Shown one piece after another: positions 16,712-26,093 of a DNA stretch of 64,000 nt. Location of the stretch: the NCBI GenBank assembly GCA_030697665.1, contig JAUYPJ010000080.1, positions 5,475 to 69,474 of the forward strand, in the 5' to 3' direction. The stretch comes from Candidatus Omnitrophota bacterium. Its GTDB lineage: Bacteria; Omnitrophota; Gorgyraeia; Aquiviventales; Aquiviventaceae. Each line of letters begins with the position of its first letter. Position 1 is the first letter of the stretch. Both the position numbers and the translations under genes were made by a program. The notes below the pieces were generated by a model. The model was not told the DNA's origin and ran no database searches. It saw nothing but the letters and a program-made list of their open reading frames with translations.

Positions 16712-18418
16712 GTGAGCGGGATGCCGTTGACCGATTTCCCCCAGTTTCTCCACGACGTGACTCGTCGCTATCGCGCCAGCCTCATGGCGCGCACCGGCCT
16801 GACGGCGGCGCTCAGCCTCGGCGTCTGTGGGGCGTTGGCGTGGCGGCTCCATCGTCTCCACCGCTCGATGATCTGGAGCGCCGGCCTGCCCGTCACCCTC
16901 GCCCTCCTCGCCATCGGCCTCCTCGTGTGGCGGCTGCGGCGGCGATGGCTGTTTGCCGCCACGGCCGTCGCGCAGCTTGACCGCGCGTTGGGGCTGCAAC
17001 AGCGGTTCATCACCGCAGAGGAGTTCGCGCGCGCCCAGGAGAAGCCCGCGCTGTACCCGCTCCTGCTGGAAGACCTCGCCCGCCGCGCCTCGGAGGCGCG
17101 CGTGCGATTCCCTCGGCCGCTTGATCGCTCCGCCGGCACGCTGCTCGTCGCGTTGATGGTGTTGCTGCTGTGGCCGCATCTCCACGAGGCTTCGCGCGGC
17201 GTCCTGACCCAGCGCCCGTCCATGGCGTCCTCCCAGCGCCCTCGTCATGAGGAGCCCCCGCCGGTTCCTGGACCCGAAGAGGAACGTCAATCGGGCGGCT
17301 CGCCGAGAGAAGGGGATTCCTCCGGGACCGACCAGTCCGCCGCCGCTGGTGCCGGAGCCTCGCAGGACGGATCATCCGGAGCGTCCGGCGATCCCGCAAC
17401 TCGTCCCGCCCGCGCCGGCTCTGGCGAGAGCCGGGCCGGGGAGCAAAGCGAGACCGGATCGAGGGACGACGGACGAGGTCACGCCGGCCGCTCCAAGGAC
17501 CGCTCTGCACAGACCGACTCACAGGGGCAGGGCGGGACCGCTGCGCAGGATGAAGGATCCGCTCAGCGCGATCTCAACCAGGCAACCGGCCGACAACCCA
17601 AAGCAGCGGATCACGGCTCTGATCTGCAGGAGTCACCCGCCTTCGCCGGAAGCCCCGGGCGTCAGCCCGGTGAGGAAGGCGAAGCGGGTGTTGCTGCGAA
17701 GCCGGGCCGACAAGGCACCGGCGAAGCAGAACACGCCTCGCAGTCAACGGACGCCCGGGCGCAGGACGCCGAAGAGGAGGGGGCGCAGTCAGAATCTCAT
17801 GCGCAGCCGTCGCCTTCGAGCCAAGCCGACGCTGGTGGTCAGCAGAAGACGTCACAGCGCGCCGCGCAATCTTCTCATCAGAAGGGAGCAGGTACCCAGC
17901 AAGTTGCTCGCGCCACCTCCGCGCCCGATGCGTCGTCCTCCGTGCGAGCCGGTCAACCATCAGATCAGACCTCGCAGGGTCGTGCGGCAGCGCCTCGCGC
18001 AGGCGGACAAGGGCAATCTGGCGGAGAGGATGCGCTGAAAGCGGAGATCCAGCAGTTGCTCAAGGAAGTGTCGGGCGAGCTTCAGCGGCTGGAGACGCAG
18101 TTGGCCGCAACGTCGAATGACGCCAACCCGACCGCGGGAACGAGCACCGATCCCAACCTCTACGAATCGGCGATGCCGCTCGATGGAACCCCACAGGGGT
18201 CGTTGCCGATTCAATTGCGCACGGACCAGGCCCCTACGCGCGCGCAGCGGCCGGGCAGCGGCGTCGGAGCGCCGTCGGGTGAGGTGGCGCGCGCAAGTCC
18301 CCAGACCGCGCCGACAGAGGCGCAGTTGGCCGAGGCGCCGCTCGAGGAGCCTCCGGTCGCCCGCCAGACGGTCCCCCGCGAGTATCAGAGCGTGTTTGAT
18401 CGACTTCACCAACGATGA
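16712..18418 (+). CDS. membrane protein with about 300-aa low-complexity S/G/A/Q/P-rich region
   Basis: Two N-terminal TM helices, a long disordered middle and a coiled C-terminus (EIQQLLKEVSGELQRLETQLAA). Its stop overlaps the MoxR start. Confidence 0.6.
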   Translation: MSGMPLTDFPQFLHDVTRRYRASLMARTGLTAALSLGVCGALAWRLHRLHRSMIWSAGLPVTLALLAIGLLVWRLRRRWLFAATAVAQLDRALGLQQRFITAEEFARAQEKPALYPLLLEDLARRASEARVRFPRPLDRSAGTLLVALMVLLLWPHLHEASRGVLTQRPSMASSQRPRHEEPPPVPGPEEERQSGGSPREGDSSGTDQSAAAGAGASQDGSSGASGDPATRPARAGSGESRAGEQSETGSRDDGRGHAGRSKDRSAQTDSQGQGGTAAQDEGSAQRDLNQATGRQPKAADHGSDLQESPAFAGSPGRQPGEEGEAGVAAKPGRQGTGEAEHASQSTDARAQDAEEEGAQSESHAQPSPSSQADAGGQQKTSQRAAQSSHQKGAGTQQVARATSAPDASSSVRAGQPSDQTSQGRAAAPRAGGQGQSGGEDALKAEIQQLLKEVSGELQRLETQLAATSNDANPTAGTSTDPNLYESAMPLDGTPQGSLPIQLRTDQAPTRAQRPGSGVGAPSGEVARASPQTAPTEAQLAEAPLEEPPVARQTVPREYQSVFDRLHQR

Positions 18419-19458
18419 GACCTCAGACCCACACGGACTCCGCGTCACAGGAGATTACACTGAGCCCAGAGGCATTCCGCAAGACCGCGCTGGCGCTCAA
18501 GGAGGAGCTTGGCCGCGTCATCGTGGGGCAGGAGGAGGTCATCGAGCGTCTCCTCGCCGCCTTTTTCGCCGGTGGGCATGTCCTCTTCGAGGGGCTGCCC
18601 GGCTTGGGTAAGACGCGGCTCGCCAAGTCGTTTGCCCAGGCGCTGGGCCTCCAGTTCAAGCGGATCCAGTGCACCCCGGATCTCATGCCCGCGGATATTC
18701 TGGGCACGCAGCTCGTCGTCGAGCGCGATGGACGCAAAACCTTTGAGTTTGCCAGGGGCCCCGTCTTCACGCACCTCCTGCTTGCGGATGAAGTGAACCG
18801 GGCGACGCCGAAGACCCAGTCCGCGTTGCTTGAGGCGATGGAAGAGCACCAGGTCACCATGGCGGGGACGACCTTTCAGTTGGAGGAGCCGTTCTTCGTC
18901 ATGGCGACCCAGAACCCGATAGAAATGGAGGGGACGTTCCCCCTCCCTGAGGCCCAACTCGACCGGTTTCTCTTCAGGCTCTTCGTGACCTCTCCCTCTC
19001 CGGAGGAGCTCTCCCGGATCCTGCGGCAGACGACCGGCAGCGACGTCGCCTCCGTCAACCCGGTCCTGCCTGTAGATCGTGCGCGGGCGTGGATTCTCAG
19101 CGCGCGCCGGCTGGTCCGGGAGGTGTTGGTGGCCAGCCCCGTTGAGGCGTACGTCGTCCGTGTGGTGACGGCGACCCGCCCGGGTGACGACGGCTCCGCA
19201 AGTCCTGCGCAGCGGTTTTTGCGCTACGGCGCCTCGCCGCGGGGCGCCCAAGCGATCCTCATGGGGGCCAAGGTCCTCGCCCTACTCAACGGGAGGGTCC
19301 ATGTCAGTCTGGAGGATGTCGACCGCATGGCGCTGCCGGCGCTCAACCACCGCGTGATTCTGTCGTTTGAGGCGGAAGCCGACAAACGCACCTCCACGGA
19401 CATCCTGACCGAGATCATCGAGCCCCTCCTCCGGAGCCGCACCGCTTCGACAGGATGA
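18415..19458 (+). CDS. MoxR-family AAA+ ATPase
   Basis: Walker A GLPGLGKT and LLADEVNRATPKTQSALLEAMEEHQVT. Confidence 0.9.
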   Translation: MRPQTHTDSASQEITLSPEAFRKTALALKEELGRVIVGQEEVIERLLAAFFAGGHVLFEGLPGLGKTRLAKSFAQALGLQFKRIQCTPDLMPADILGTQLVVERDGRKTFEFARGPVFTHLLLADEVNRATPKTQSALLEAMEEHQVTMAGTTFQLEEPFFVMATQNPIEMEGTFPLPEAQLDRFLFRLFVTSPSPEELSRILRQTTGSDVASVNPVLPVDRARAWILSARRLVREVLVASPVEAYVVRVVTATRPGDDGSASPAQRFLRYGASPRGAQAILMGAKVLALLNGRVHVSLEDVDRMALPALNHRVILSFEAEADKRTSTDILTEIIEPLLRSRTASTG

Positions 19459-19492
19459 CCCTGAGGGATCCGGAGACGCCATCCTGTCGAAG

Positions 19493-19583
19493 CAGTCCAT
19501 AGTCCATAGTCGATAGTCCGACGAAACCGTCAGGGCTACAACGCAGGGTTTGCTATGGACTACGGACTATGGACTATCGACTG
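19493..19583. repeat. hairpin built from tandem GTCCATA/TATGGAC-type units
   Basis: cagtccatagtccatagtcgatagtccg ... ctatggactacggactatggactatcgactg. Related arms occur at 12901-12923 and 39818-39884. Confidence 0.85.
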
Positions 19584-19597
19584 CTCCGAAGCTATTG

Positions 19598-20482
19598 ATG
19601 AGTCCCACGTGGTTGACCCCGAAGTTCATCAGTCAACTGGAAGCGCTCGAGTTATCCATCAGATGGGTTCGGAGCGGGAACACGCTTGGCGGACGCTTCC
19701 CCATCAACCGTCGGGGCTCCTCGATTGAGTTCGCCGATTACGCCGCCTACTCCGCCGGCGACGACATCCGGTCGATCGACTGGAACCTGTACGCCCGCCT
19801 TGAGCGGCTCTTCATCAAGACCTACCACGAGCAGATCGAGCTGTCGGTCGAGCTCATCATCGATGCGACCGGTTCGATGGGATTGCCGACGCCGGAGAAG
19901 TTTGAGCGCGCCAAACGCCTGGCCGTCAGCCTCGGTTACGTCGGGCTCGCCGGGCGCCATCACGTGCGGCTCAGCTGGGTCACGCCGGGACGCGTGACGG
20001 CCAGCCCCTGGTTCCACCGACGGAGCGATCTGGCGCGGATGGCCGAGCAGGCGCAGCCCCTCCATGCCGGCGGGCAAGTCGCGTTCGATGAGTGGATGCG
20101 CCGCGCGGCGGCGGCCCTCCGGGTGCGCGGCGGCCAGGCCGTCGTGATCACCGACGGGATGGTGCCGCCGGCCGAGCTGTTCCGTGCGCTGCACACCCTC
20201 CTCGTGCGCAACCTCGAAGTCAAGCTCATCCAGGTGTTGACGCCGCAGGAGCTGCACCCGGCCAGGCTCTTGCGGGGCGGCCTGCTCGTCGACGTGGAGA
20301 CGGGACGCACCCACCAGTTGGCGCACAGCCCCGCGGAGCTTGAGCGGGCGGTGGCCGAGCACAACGAGGGGTTGGCCCGTTTCTGCAAGCGACGCGGGAT
20401 TGCCTTTGCCCAGCACCGGCTGGATGAGTCACTCGAGACGTTTGTGCTCAAGACGCTTCCCGTCCACGGCTTCCTCGAGTAA
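19598..20482 (+). CDS. DUF58 domain protein (vWA-like, MoxR partner)
   Basis: DDIRSIDWNLYARLERLFIKTYHEQ and IIDATGSM motifs. ATG 19598 was chosen because the TTG 19550 extension is encoded by the repeat hairpin. Confidence 0.8.
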   Translation: MSPTWLTPKFISQLEALELSIRWVRSGNTLGGRFPINRRGSSIEFADYAAYSAGDDIRSIDWNLYARLERLFIKTYHEQIELSVELIIDATGSMGLPTPEKFERAKRLAVSLGYVGLAGRHHVRLSWVTPGRVTASPWFHRRSDLARMAEQAQPLHAGGQVAFDEWMRRAAAALRVRGGQAVVITDGMVPPAELFRALHTLLVRNLEVKLIQVLTPQELHPARLLRGGLLVDVETGRTHQLAHSPAELERAVAEHNEGLARFCKRRGIAFAQHRLDESLETFVLKTLPVHGFLE

Positions 20483-20494
20483 CAATCCGACATG

Positions 20495-20645
20495 ATCCCC
20501 CCACCTACGCCAGCTTGCCGGAGGCAAGCTCGAATGCGCGTGCTCGGAGAGTCCGGGTGGAGGATGTGGCCTCAGGCCGTCGCATTCGTCACGGCGGCTC
20601 AGGGCGCGACCACCACCAGCCGCCGTGAGGCGCAGGTGGGGGGAT
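20495..20645. repeat. inverted-repeat clamp: ATCCCCCCACCT (20495-20506) / AGGTGGGGGGAT (20634-20645), flanked by ATGA
   Basis: Perfect 12-nt inverted repeat. The right arm includes the SD-like tract and ATG 20644. Relative to the copies at 7492 and 47384, the A-to-C change in the left arm is matched by T-to-G in the right arm. Confidence 0.85.
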
Positions 20646-22461
20646 GACGCTCCTCGCCCCCCTGGCCCTGCTGTGGCTCGGCAGCATCCCCGTGCTGGTG
20701 TGGCTCTGGCGCAGGACGTCGACCCACCGCCAGATCCGCGTGCCGAGCCTCGTCCCCTTCGAGCATCTGCTCCGGCGCCCTCCTCGGCGCCGCAGCCGCC
20801 TGGTCGTGAACGCGCTGTTCTGGTTGCAGCTCGGCGCGCTCCTCGGCCTGACGCTCGCGATGGCGCAGCCCGTCCTCTTCACGCGCCGTGGCCGCATGAC
20901 CCTCGTCATTCTGGATACCTCCGCGAGCATGAGCGCGCGTCTGGGGAGTTCCAGCGCGTTGGCGCGCGCCCAGCGCGCGCTGGCGGATCGGATCGCGCGC
21001 GCAGCCCACGCCGAGCAGTTCTTCCTCGTGACGACCTCTCCGGTGACCGCCCTCACGCCGCGGCCGACGAGCGACCGGCTGGCGCTGCAGCGGGCGATCC
21101 AGGCCTCGCAGGTCAGCCACCTGAGTGGGAACCTGGCCACCGCCGCGCGGATCGGCCGGGCCCTGATGGGCAGCGAGCCTGACGCGGTGTTGGTGGTGAC
21201 CGATGAGCCAGAGTCGCTTCCCACAGGCGCTGAGCACGTCCAGTGGGTGACGGTCGGCGCGACACTCCCGAACGTGGCGTTCGTCGGGCTCGATGCGTCA
21301 GGGCCGTTGTGCGAGTCGGCCGCGCCGCATCTGCTGGCCACGGTGCAGAACTTCTCGGAGGAGTCGATTCCCGTGACGGTGAGCGCTCACCAGGGCATGC
21401 AGGTGCTTGCGCAGGCCGCCGCCAAGATCGCCCCGCGCGCCCGGCAAGCGATTGCCCTTGCGCTGCCTGAAGGGACGGAAGGGTGGCTTGAGCTGGCGAT
21501 GGCCGGCGCGCCAGACCACCTCAGCGTGGACAATCGGGCGTGGATGATGCTCCGGCGGAATGCGCGGCTGCCGATCGTGGTGCGCTCACAGCGCGAACCG
21601 TTCCTGCGCGCGGTCTCCACGTGGCTCGACGCCTGCGAGGCCTTGAGGTGGACCACCGATCCCGCCGCCGTACAGGGGCCCTTCGTGCTCCTCACCGATC
21701 GCGAGGAAGAGCCGTTGCGCTCATCCGAGGCCACGATGGCGTTCCTGCCGCCGGCCGGCGCCTCACCGAGGCTCAGCACATGGGTGCGCTCATCAGACCA
21801 CCCGGTCAGCGCCTATCTCTCGCCGGTGGAGTCCGTGGCGGCCACCCTCAACCTATCGACGGCGGCGGGCCTCTCGGGAGCGCCGGTGGTCTCCGGCCTG
21901 ATCGACGGCCGCCGCGTGCCGATTGTGCTGGCGGAGGAGCACGACGGTCGACGGCGGCTCACCATGCGCTTCGATCCGGCCCAGAGTGGGGACTCGACGG
22001 TCGCGGTGCTGACCTTTTTGAACGGCGTGCGGTGGCTCATGGGACAGGCGGAGGCCGTCACGACGGGCCAGTCGCTGAGCGCGGGAGGGTTCGGCCCAGA
22101 CGCGGTGACGGTGCATCGCCCCGACGGCTCCACCGCGACGTCGTCGGTCGAGGCCGGCGCTGTCCGCTATGACGAGACGACGCTGGCCGGGCGGTACCGG
22201 CTGGTGCAGGGCGCGACAGAGGTCGTCGCGGCGGTGAACTTCTTTGATCCGCTGGAATCCAATCTGCTGGATCGCGTCTCGACGTGGGATCCATCCCTCC
22301 GCCTGCTGGGTTCGCCAGAGGCGAACGCTCCGAAACAGACCAGCCGCCTGCATCAGCGCCAGCAGGTGGTGGGGGCCTACCCGTTGGCCCACGGCGCGAT
22401 CCTGCTCCTGCTGCTCCTCGTGCTGGTCGAGTGGCGCCTCTATACCCTCAAGCGATCATGA
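20644..22461 (+). CDS. BatA-like protein (aerotolerance-regulator N-terminal TM domain + vWA)
   Basis: N-terminus LLAPLALLWLGSIPVLVWLW...VPSLVPF, then the vWA MIDAS start LVILDTSASMS. Confidence 0.75.
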   Translation: MTLLAPLALLWLGSIPVLVWLWRRTSTHRQIRVPSLVPFEHLLRRPPRRRSRLVVNALFWLQLGALLGLTLAMAQPVLFTRRGRMTLVILDTSASMSARLGSSSALARAQRALADRIARAAHAEQFFLVTTSPVTALTPRPTSDRLALQRAIQASQVSHLSGNLATAARIGRALMGSEPDAVLVVTDEPESLPTGAEHVQWVTVGATLPNVAFVGLDASGPLCESAAPHLLATVQNFSEESIPVTVSAHQGMQVLAQAAAKIAPRARQAIALALPEGTEGWLELAMAGAPDHLSVDNRAWMMLRRNARLPIVVRSQREPFLRAVSTWLDACEALRWTTDPAAVQGPFVLLTDREEEPLRSSEATMAFLPPAGASPRLSTWVRSSDHPVSAYLSPVESVAATLNLSTAAGLSGAPVVSGLIDGRRVPIVLAEEHDGRRRLTMRFDPAQSGDSTVAVLTFLNGVRWLMGQAEAVTTGQSLSAGGFGPDAVTVHRPDGSTATSSVEAGAVRYDETTLAGRYRLVQGATEVVAAVNFFDPLESNLLDRVSTWDPSLRLLGSPEANAPKQTSRLHQRQQVVGAYPLAHGAILLLLLLVLVEWRLYTLKRS

Positions 22462-22462
22462 G

Positions 22463-25075
22463 ATGTCCGTAGTCCACTGGGTGATCCTCCTCGCGGGCAT
22501 CGCGCTGATCGGTTGGTGGGGTCGGCGCATGCCCCTGACGGGTTGGCGCAGACGGCTCGCCATCGGGTGCCGGATGCTCGCCCTCGTGGCGTTGGGGATG
22601 GCCCTGTGGGGATCGCCCGCGCGACGGATCCACCAGGCGGCGCGGCGCGTGGTCTACCTCCTCGACGGCTCCGCCAGCATCGACGCGGCGCAGCAGGCGT
22701 GGATGGCGCGTCGCGTCGCGTCGCTGGAGGCGCTGCGTCCCCCGTCCGTGGAGCGCGCGCTCGTCGTGTTCGGTCAGGAGGCGCAGCCCATCGTCCCCTT
22801 TGGGCGCGCGCCGCTGACCGACCCTGAGGCGATCCAGCGGATGGTGGACGGCGCGACGGTTCCGCGAGGGCAGACGAACCTCGAAGGGGCGCTCTTGACC
22901 GGCCTCGCCCTGCTGACGCCTCAGCATCCGTCGAGCATCGTGGTGCTCAGCGACGGCCGGGAAACGGTCGGCAACGTCACCGGCTTGCTGGCCTACAGCC
23001 GGCGCTCCGGGGTGGGTCTCTTTCCCGTCCCGACGCCCCTCTCCGGGAAGTCGAAGACGGTGTGGGAGGAGCTGGCCGTCGCGCCCGTGGTCCGGTACGG
23101 TTCACCGATTCCGGTGCAGGTGGTGGCGTTCAACGGATCGCCCGCGGTCAGGCGGGGTGAGGTCGCCATCGCCGTCCAAGGGGTCCCCATCACCCATCAG
23201 CGCGTGGCGCTGCGTCCCGGATGGCAGGTGCTCTCCCTCTCGGTCCCCGCGTTCCAACGGGGCTCCATGGCGCTGGAGGTGCGGTTGACGATCCCCGAGG
23301 AGGGGTTTTCAGAGCGCCGCGAAGCCTACACCGAGGTCGAAGGACCGCCCCAGGTGCTGCTGGTGAGCGATCGGACGTCGACGCTGCCGGTCCTTGCGAC
23401 AGCCCTCAAGCGGCGAGAGATGGAGATCGTCCCCCTCCCGCCGGCGGAGCTCCCGCTGGAGGCCGAGAAGCTGCTCGACTACGATGCGGTGGTGCTGTTC
23501 AATCTGCCGAAGTCGTCGTTGTCGGCGGAGCAGGTGAGCGCGTTGCGGACCTACCTGGAGGAGTTCGGCGGCGGGCTGGTGATGGTCGGCCTGGGTGGGG
23601 ATCTGGCGTTTGAGCTGGAGCACCCGGCACCGCTGGATCCGTTGCTGCCCGTGCAGTTTGAAGCGCGGGGGCTCCAGCAGGCCCAGCGCCGGGTGTGCAT
23701 GATGCTGCTCATCGATCGCTCCGCCTCCATGCTGGGGCCGCGCATCGCGGCCACCAAGCGCGCGGCGGTCGCCCTGGTCAAGCAGCTTGCTCCGGAGGAC
23801 CTCGTGGGCGTGCTGGCCTTCGACACGAAGCCCTATGTCGTGGCCGAGGTCCAGCCGGCGGGACAGATCGGCGACTGGCTGGTCGAAAAACTGGTGAAGC
23901 TCCGATCCACCGGCGGGACCGACGTCTATCCCGCGCTCGAAGCCGCCGCCCAGCGGCTGGGGCTGACGGGCGCCGCCCTCACGCACATCATCCTGCTCTC
24001 GGACGGCAACACCCCGTTCCACGCGGAGGCGTACCAGGATCTCCTGCGCGCGTTGAAACAGCAGGGGACGACGGTCAGCACGATCGGCATCGGGGCGGCC
24101 TTCGTGAATACCGACTACCTGAAATGGCTGGCCGGCTCGACGGGCGGGACGTTCTATCCGTTGCGCGCCCTTGAGGAGTTGCCGCAGCTGATGGCGCGCG
24201 ACGTCGATCGGCAGTTGGGCCGGCTGCCGTTTACCGAGGGCATGTTCCGTCCGAGGAAGACGCCCGCCACGACGTGGTTTCCGGAGATCGACGACTGGCC
24301 CCCCCTGCGGGGCTACTTCACGACGACGGCAAAGCCTGGAGCGCTCGTGGAGCTGGCGCTCCCGGACTCCGCGGCGCCCGCGCCTTCGGCGGAGCCGTCG
24401 AGCGACAGCCCCCTGCTGGCGCGGTGGTCTCTCGGCCAGGGGCGCGTGGCGGTCTTTACCTCCGATGCGGACAGGCGCTGGTCCCCGGACTGGATTCGCT
24501 GGAGCGGATTCGAGGGCACGTGGGCGCACGTGGTGCGCTGGGCGATGCGGCCTCGGTTCACCGAAGAGCTGTTCGCGTGGGTGGAGGAGCGCGGCGGCAC
24601 GCCGCACCTCATCCTCGCGGGGGAGCTCCACGATCCGCGCGCGCAGCTCATCGATGCCGCAGGCGCATCGGCACGGCCGCTCTCGTTGGTCCAGACGGGG
24701 GCGTGGCGGTGGGAGAGCTCGCTTGAGCAACTGCCCAGTGGGTGGTACCGGCTTCTGCTCCAGTCGCACCCGCCGAGTCCGGGTGCCGATCAACTGGAGG
24801 CCGCGGCCTCCACCGCGCCGGTGATTGCGACGCGGTGGGTGCAGGTCGGCACCCCCCCGGTGGCCTCCGAAGTGACAGGCCAGCCGCCTCGCGAGGCGCT
24901 CCTGCGCCAACTGGCGCAGGTGACGTCGGGCGCCTACGAGGCGCCGGATCGCGCGTTCCTGCCCCCCACGGCCTCTGCGACGACGACGGAACCCGCCCTG
25001 ATGTGGTGGCTGCCGCTCGTCGTCATGGCGCTGCTGGTGGACATCGCGCTGCGCGGCAGCTCGATGCTGTCATGA
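22463..25075 (+). CDS. large membrane-anchored protein with two vWA domains
   Basis: VVYLLDGSASID and MLLIDRSASMLG MIDAS motifs. ATG 22463 follows the upstream stop by 1 nt. C-terminal TM. Confidence 0.75.
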   Translation: MSVVHWVILLAGIALIGWWGRRMPLTGWRRRLAIGCRMLALVALGMALWGSPARRIHQAARRVVYLLDGSASIDAAQQAWMARRVASLEALRPPSVERALVVFGQEAQPIVPFGRAPLTDPEAIQRMVDGATVPRGQTNLEGALLTGLALLTPQHPSSIVVLSDGRETVGNVTGLLAYSRRSGVGLFPVPTPLSGKSKTVWEELAVAPVVRYGSPIPVQVVAFNGSPAVRRGEVAIAVQGVPITHQRVALRPGWQVLSLSVPAFQRGSMALEVRLTIPEEGFSERREAYTEVEGPPQVLLVSDRTSTLPVLATALKRREMEIVPLPPAELPLEAEKLLDYDAVVLFNLPKSSLSAEQVSALRTYLEEFGGGLVMVGLGGDLAFELEHPAPLDPLLPVQFEARGLQQAQRRVCMMLLIDRSASMLGPRIAATKRAAVALVKQLAPEDLVGVLAFDTKPYVVAEVQPAGQIGDWLVEKLVKLRSTGGTDVYPALEAAAQRLGLTGAALTHIILLSDGNTPFHAEAYQDLLRALKQQGTTVSTIGIGAAFVNTDYLKWLAGSTGGTFYPLRALEELPQLMARDVDRQLGRLPFTEGMFRPRKTPATTWFPEIDDWPPLRGYFTTTAKPGALVELALPDSAAPAPSAEPSSDSPLLARWSLGQGRVAVFTSDADRRWSPDWIRWSGFEGTWAHVVRWAMRPRFTEELFAWVEERGGTPHLILAGELHDPRAQLIDAAGASARPLSLVQTGAWRWESSLEQLPSGWYRLLLQSHPPSPGADQLEAAASTAPVIATRWVQVGTPPVASEVTGQPPREALLRQLAQVTSGAYEAPDRAFLPPTASATTTEPALMWWLPLVVMALLVDIALRGSSMLS

Positions 25076-25184
25076 GTGACGAGTGATGAGTGGCGAGTGA
25101 CGAGTGGGATGCGACGCGCGAGTCTCGCAACGTCCGTGGCGTTCTTTGTGATGCTCCTCACTCCTCACTCCTCACTCGTCACTG
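25074..25184. repeat. hairpin built from GAGTGAC-type units (25074-25107) and CTCACTC-type units (25154-25184)
   Basis: gagtgacgagtgatgagtggcgagtgacgagtgg ... ctcctcactcctcactcctcactcgtcact. The two arms bracket the ATG at 25109. Confidence 0.85.
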
Positions 25185-25888
25185 CCATTGCGGCGTCGAG
25201 GCCGTCGCTCTTCCGCGGCGTCGTGGTCGCCGACGGTCCGGGCGGGGTCCACGTCGTCAGCGTGGAAGAATCCTCCCAGGCCTACCAGGCCGACCTGCGA
25301 GCCGGCGACCTCATCCTGCGCGTCGATCAGACCGAGCTCCATTCCATCGATGAGTTTGCGACGCTCTCCACCGCGCTGAAGGGGCGTGAGCTCTCCGCCA
25401 CCGTGCTCGTGTTCCGCCAGGGGATGCCCCGGTCGCTCCTGCTCCACTTGTACAGCTATCCCATTCTGCGCGAATGGAAGATCGAGCACGTGCCGGATCA
25501 CGACATCCGCTTCGCTGAACCGGAGACCGGGCGGGCCTACTGGGTGCGGATGGGGCGAGGGTTTGAGGAGGCGGGCAATCCCCGCGAGGCGCTGCACGCC
25601 TATCTGAACGCCCTGCACCACGCGCCGTCGGATGCGGCGACCGCGCTCACGATCATCGCGCTGGTGTCGCAGCTCAGCCGTGAGCGGCTGGAGGCCGGCG
25701 ATCTCGCCGAGGGGATGCGCCGGTTGCGCAATGCCCTGACGATGATGGACCGCCTCTTCGAGTATCCGCTGAGCGAGGAGGCGTTGGAGGCGCTCCGGCG
25801 CCAACTCCGCGACACCCTCGCCGTCCTCCGTCAGGTCTCAGCGTCCACGTCCGCCTCGCGCCGGTCATCACGGCCCGCCGACAACTGA
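25109..25888 (+). CDS. PDZ domain-containing protein with C-terminal helical repeats
   Basis: GVHVVSVEESSQAYQADLRAGDLILRVDQ is a PDZ-like core. N-terminal signal/anchor. Confidence 0.7.
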   Translation: MRRASLATSVAFFVMLLTPHSSLVTAIAASRPSLFRGVVVADGPGGVHVVSVEESSQAYQADLRAGDLILRVDQTELHSIDEFATLSTALKGRELSATVLVFRQGMPRSLLLHLYSYPILREWKIEHVPDHDIRFAEPETGRAYWVRMGRGFEEAGNPREALHAYLNALHHAPSDAATALTIIALVSQLSRERLEAGDLAEGMRRLRNALTMMDRLFEYPLSEEALEALRRQLRDTLAVLRQVSASTSASRRSSRPADN

Positions 25889-25901
25889 TCCAGTCGCTCG
25901 A

Positions 25902-26093
25902 TCAGTGCTCATCGTGGAACCCGGTTCCTCGTCCAACGTCTTTGAGAGCCTTCCCGGCCTCTCTCCTGCCGTAGACCTTGGCGATTTGACTCAGCACGAG
26001 GCCCATGACTTGGGAGGCGTAGGGCTTCCGGCCGATGAGCCGCCGATAGCGGCAGAGCGTCCGCCGCAACTCGTCAAGGCTGGCGGTGGCCAT
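25902..26093 (-). CDS. hypothetical small basic protein
   Basis: 63-aa ORF whose start overlaps the end of the response-regulator gene by 20 nt. No recognisable motif. Confidence 0.3.
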   Translation of the reverse strand: MATASLDELRRTLCRYRRLIGRKPYASQVMGLVLSQIAKVYGRREAGKALKDVGRGTGFHDEH

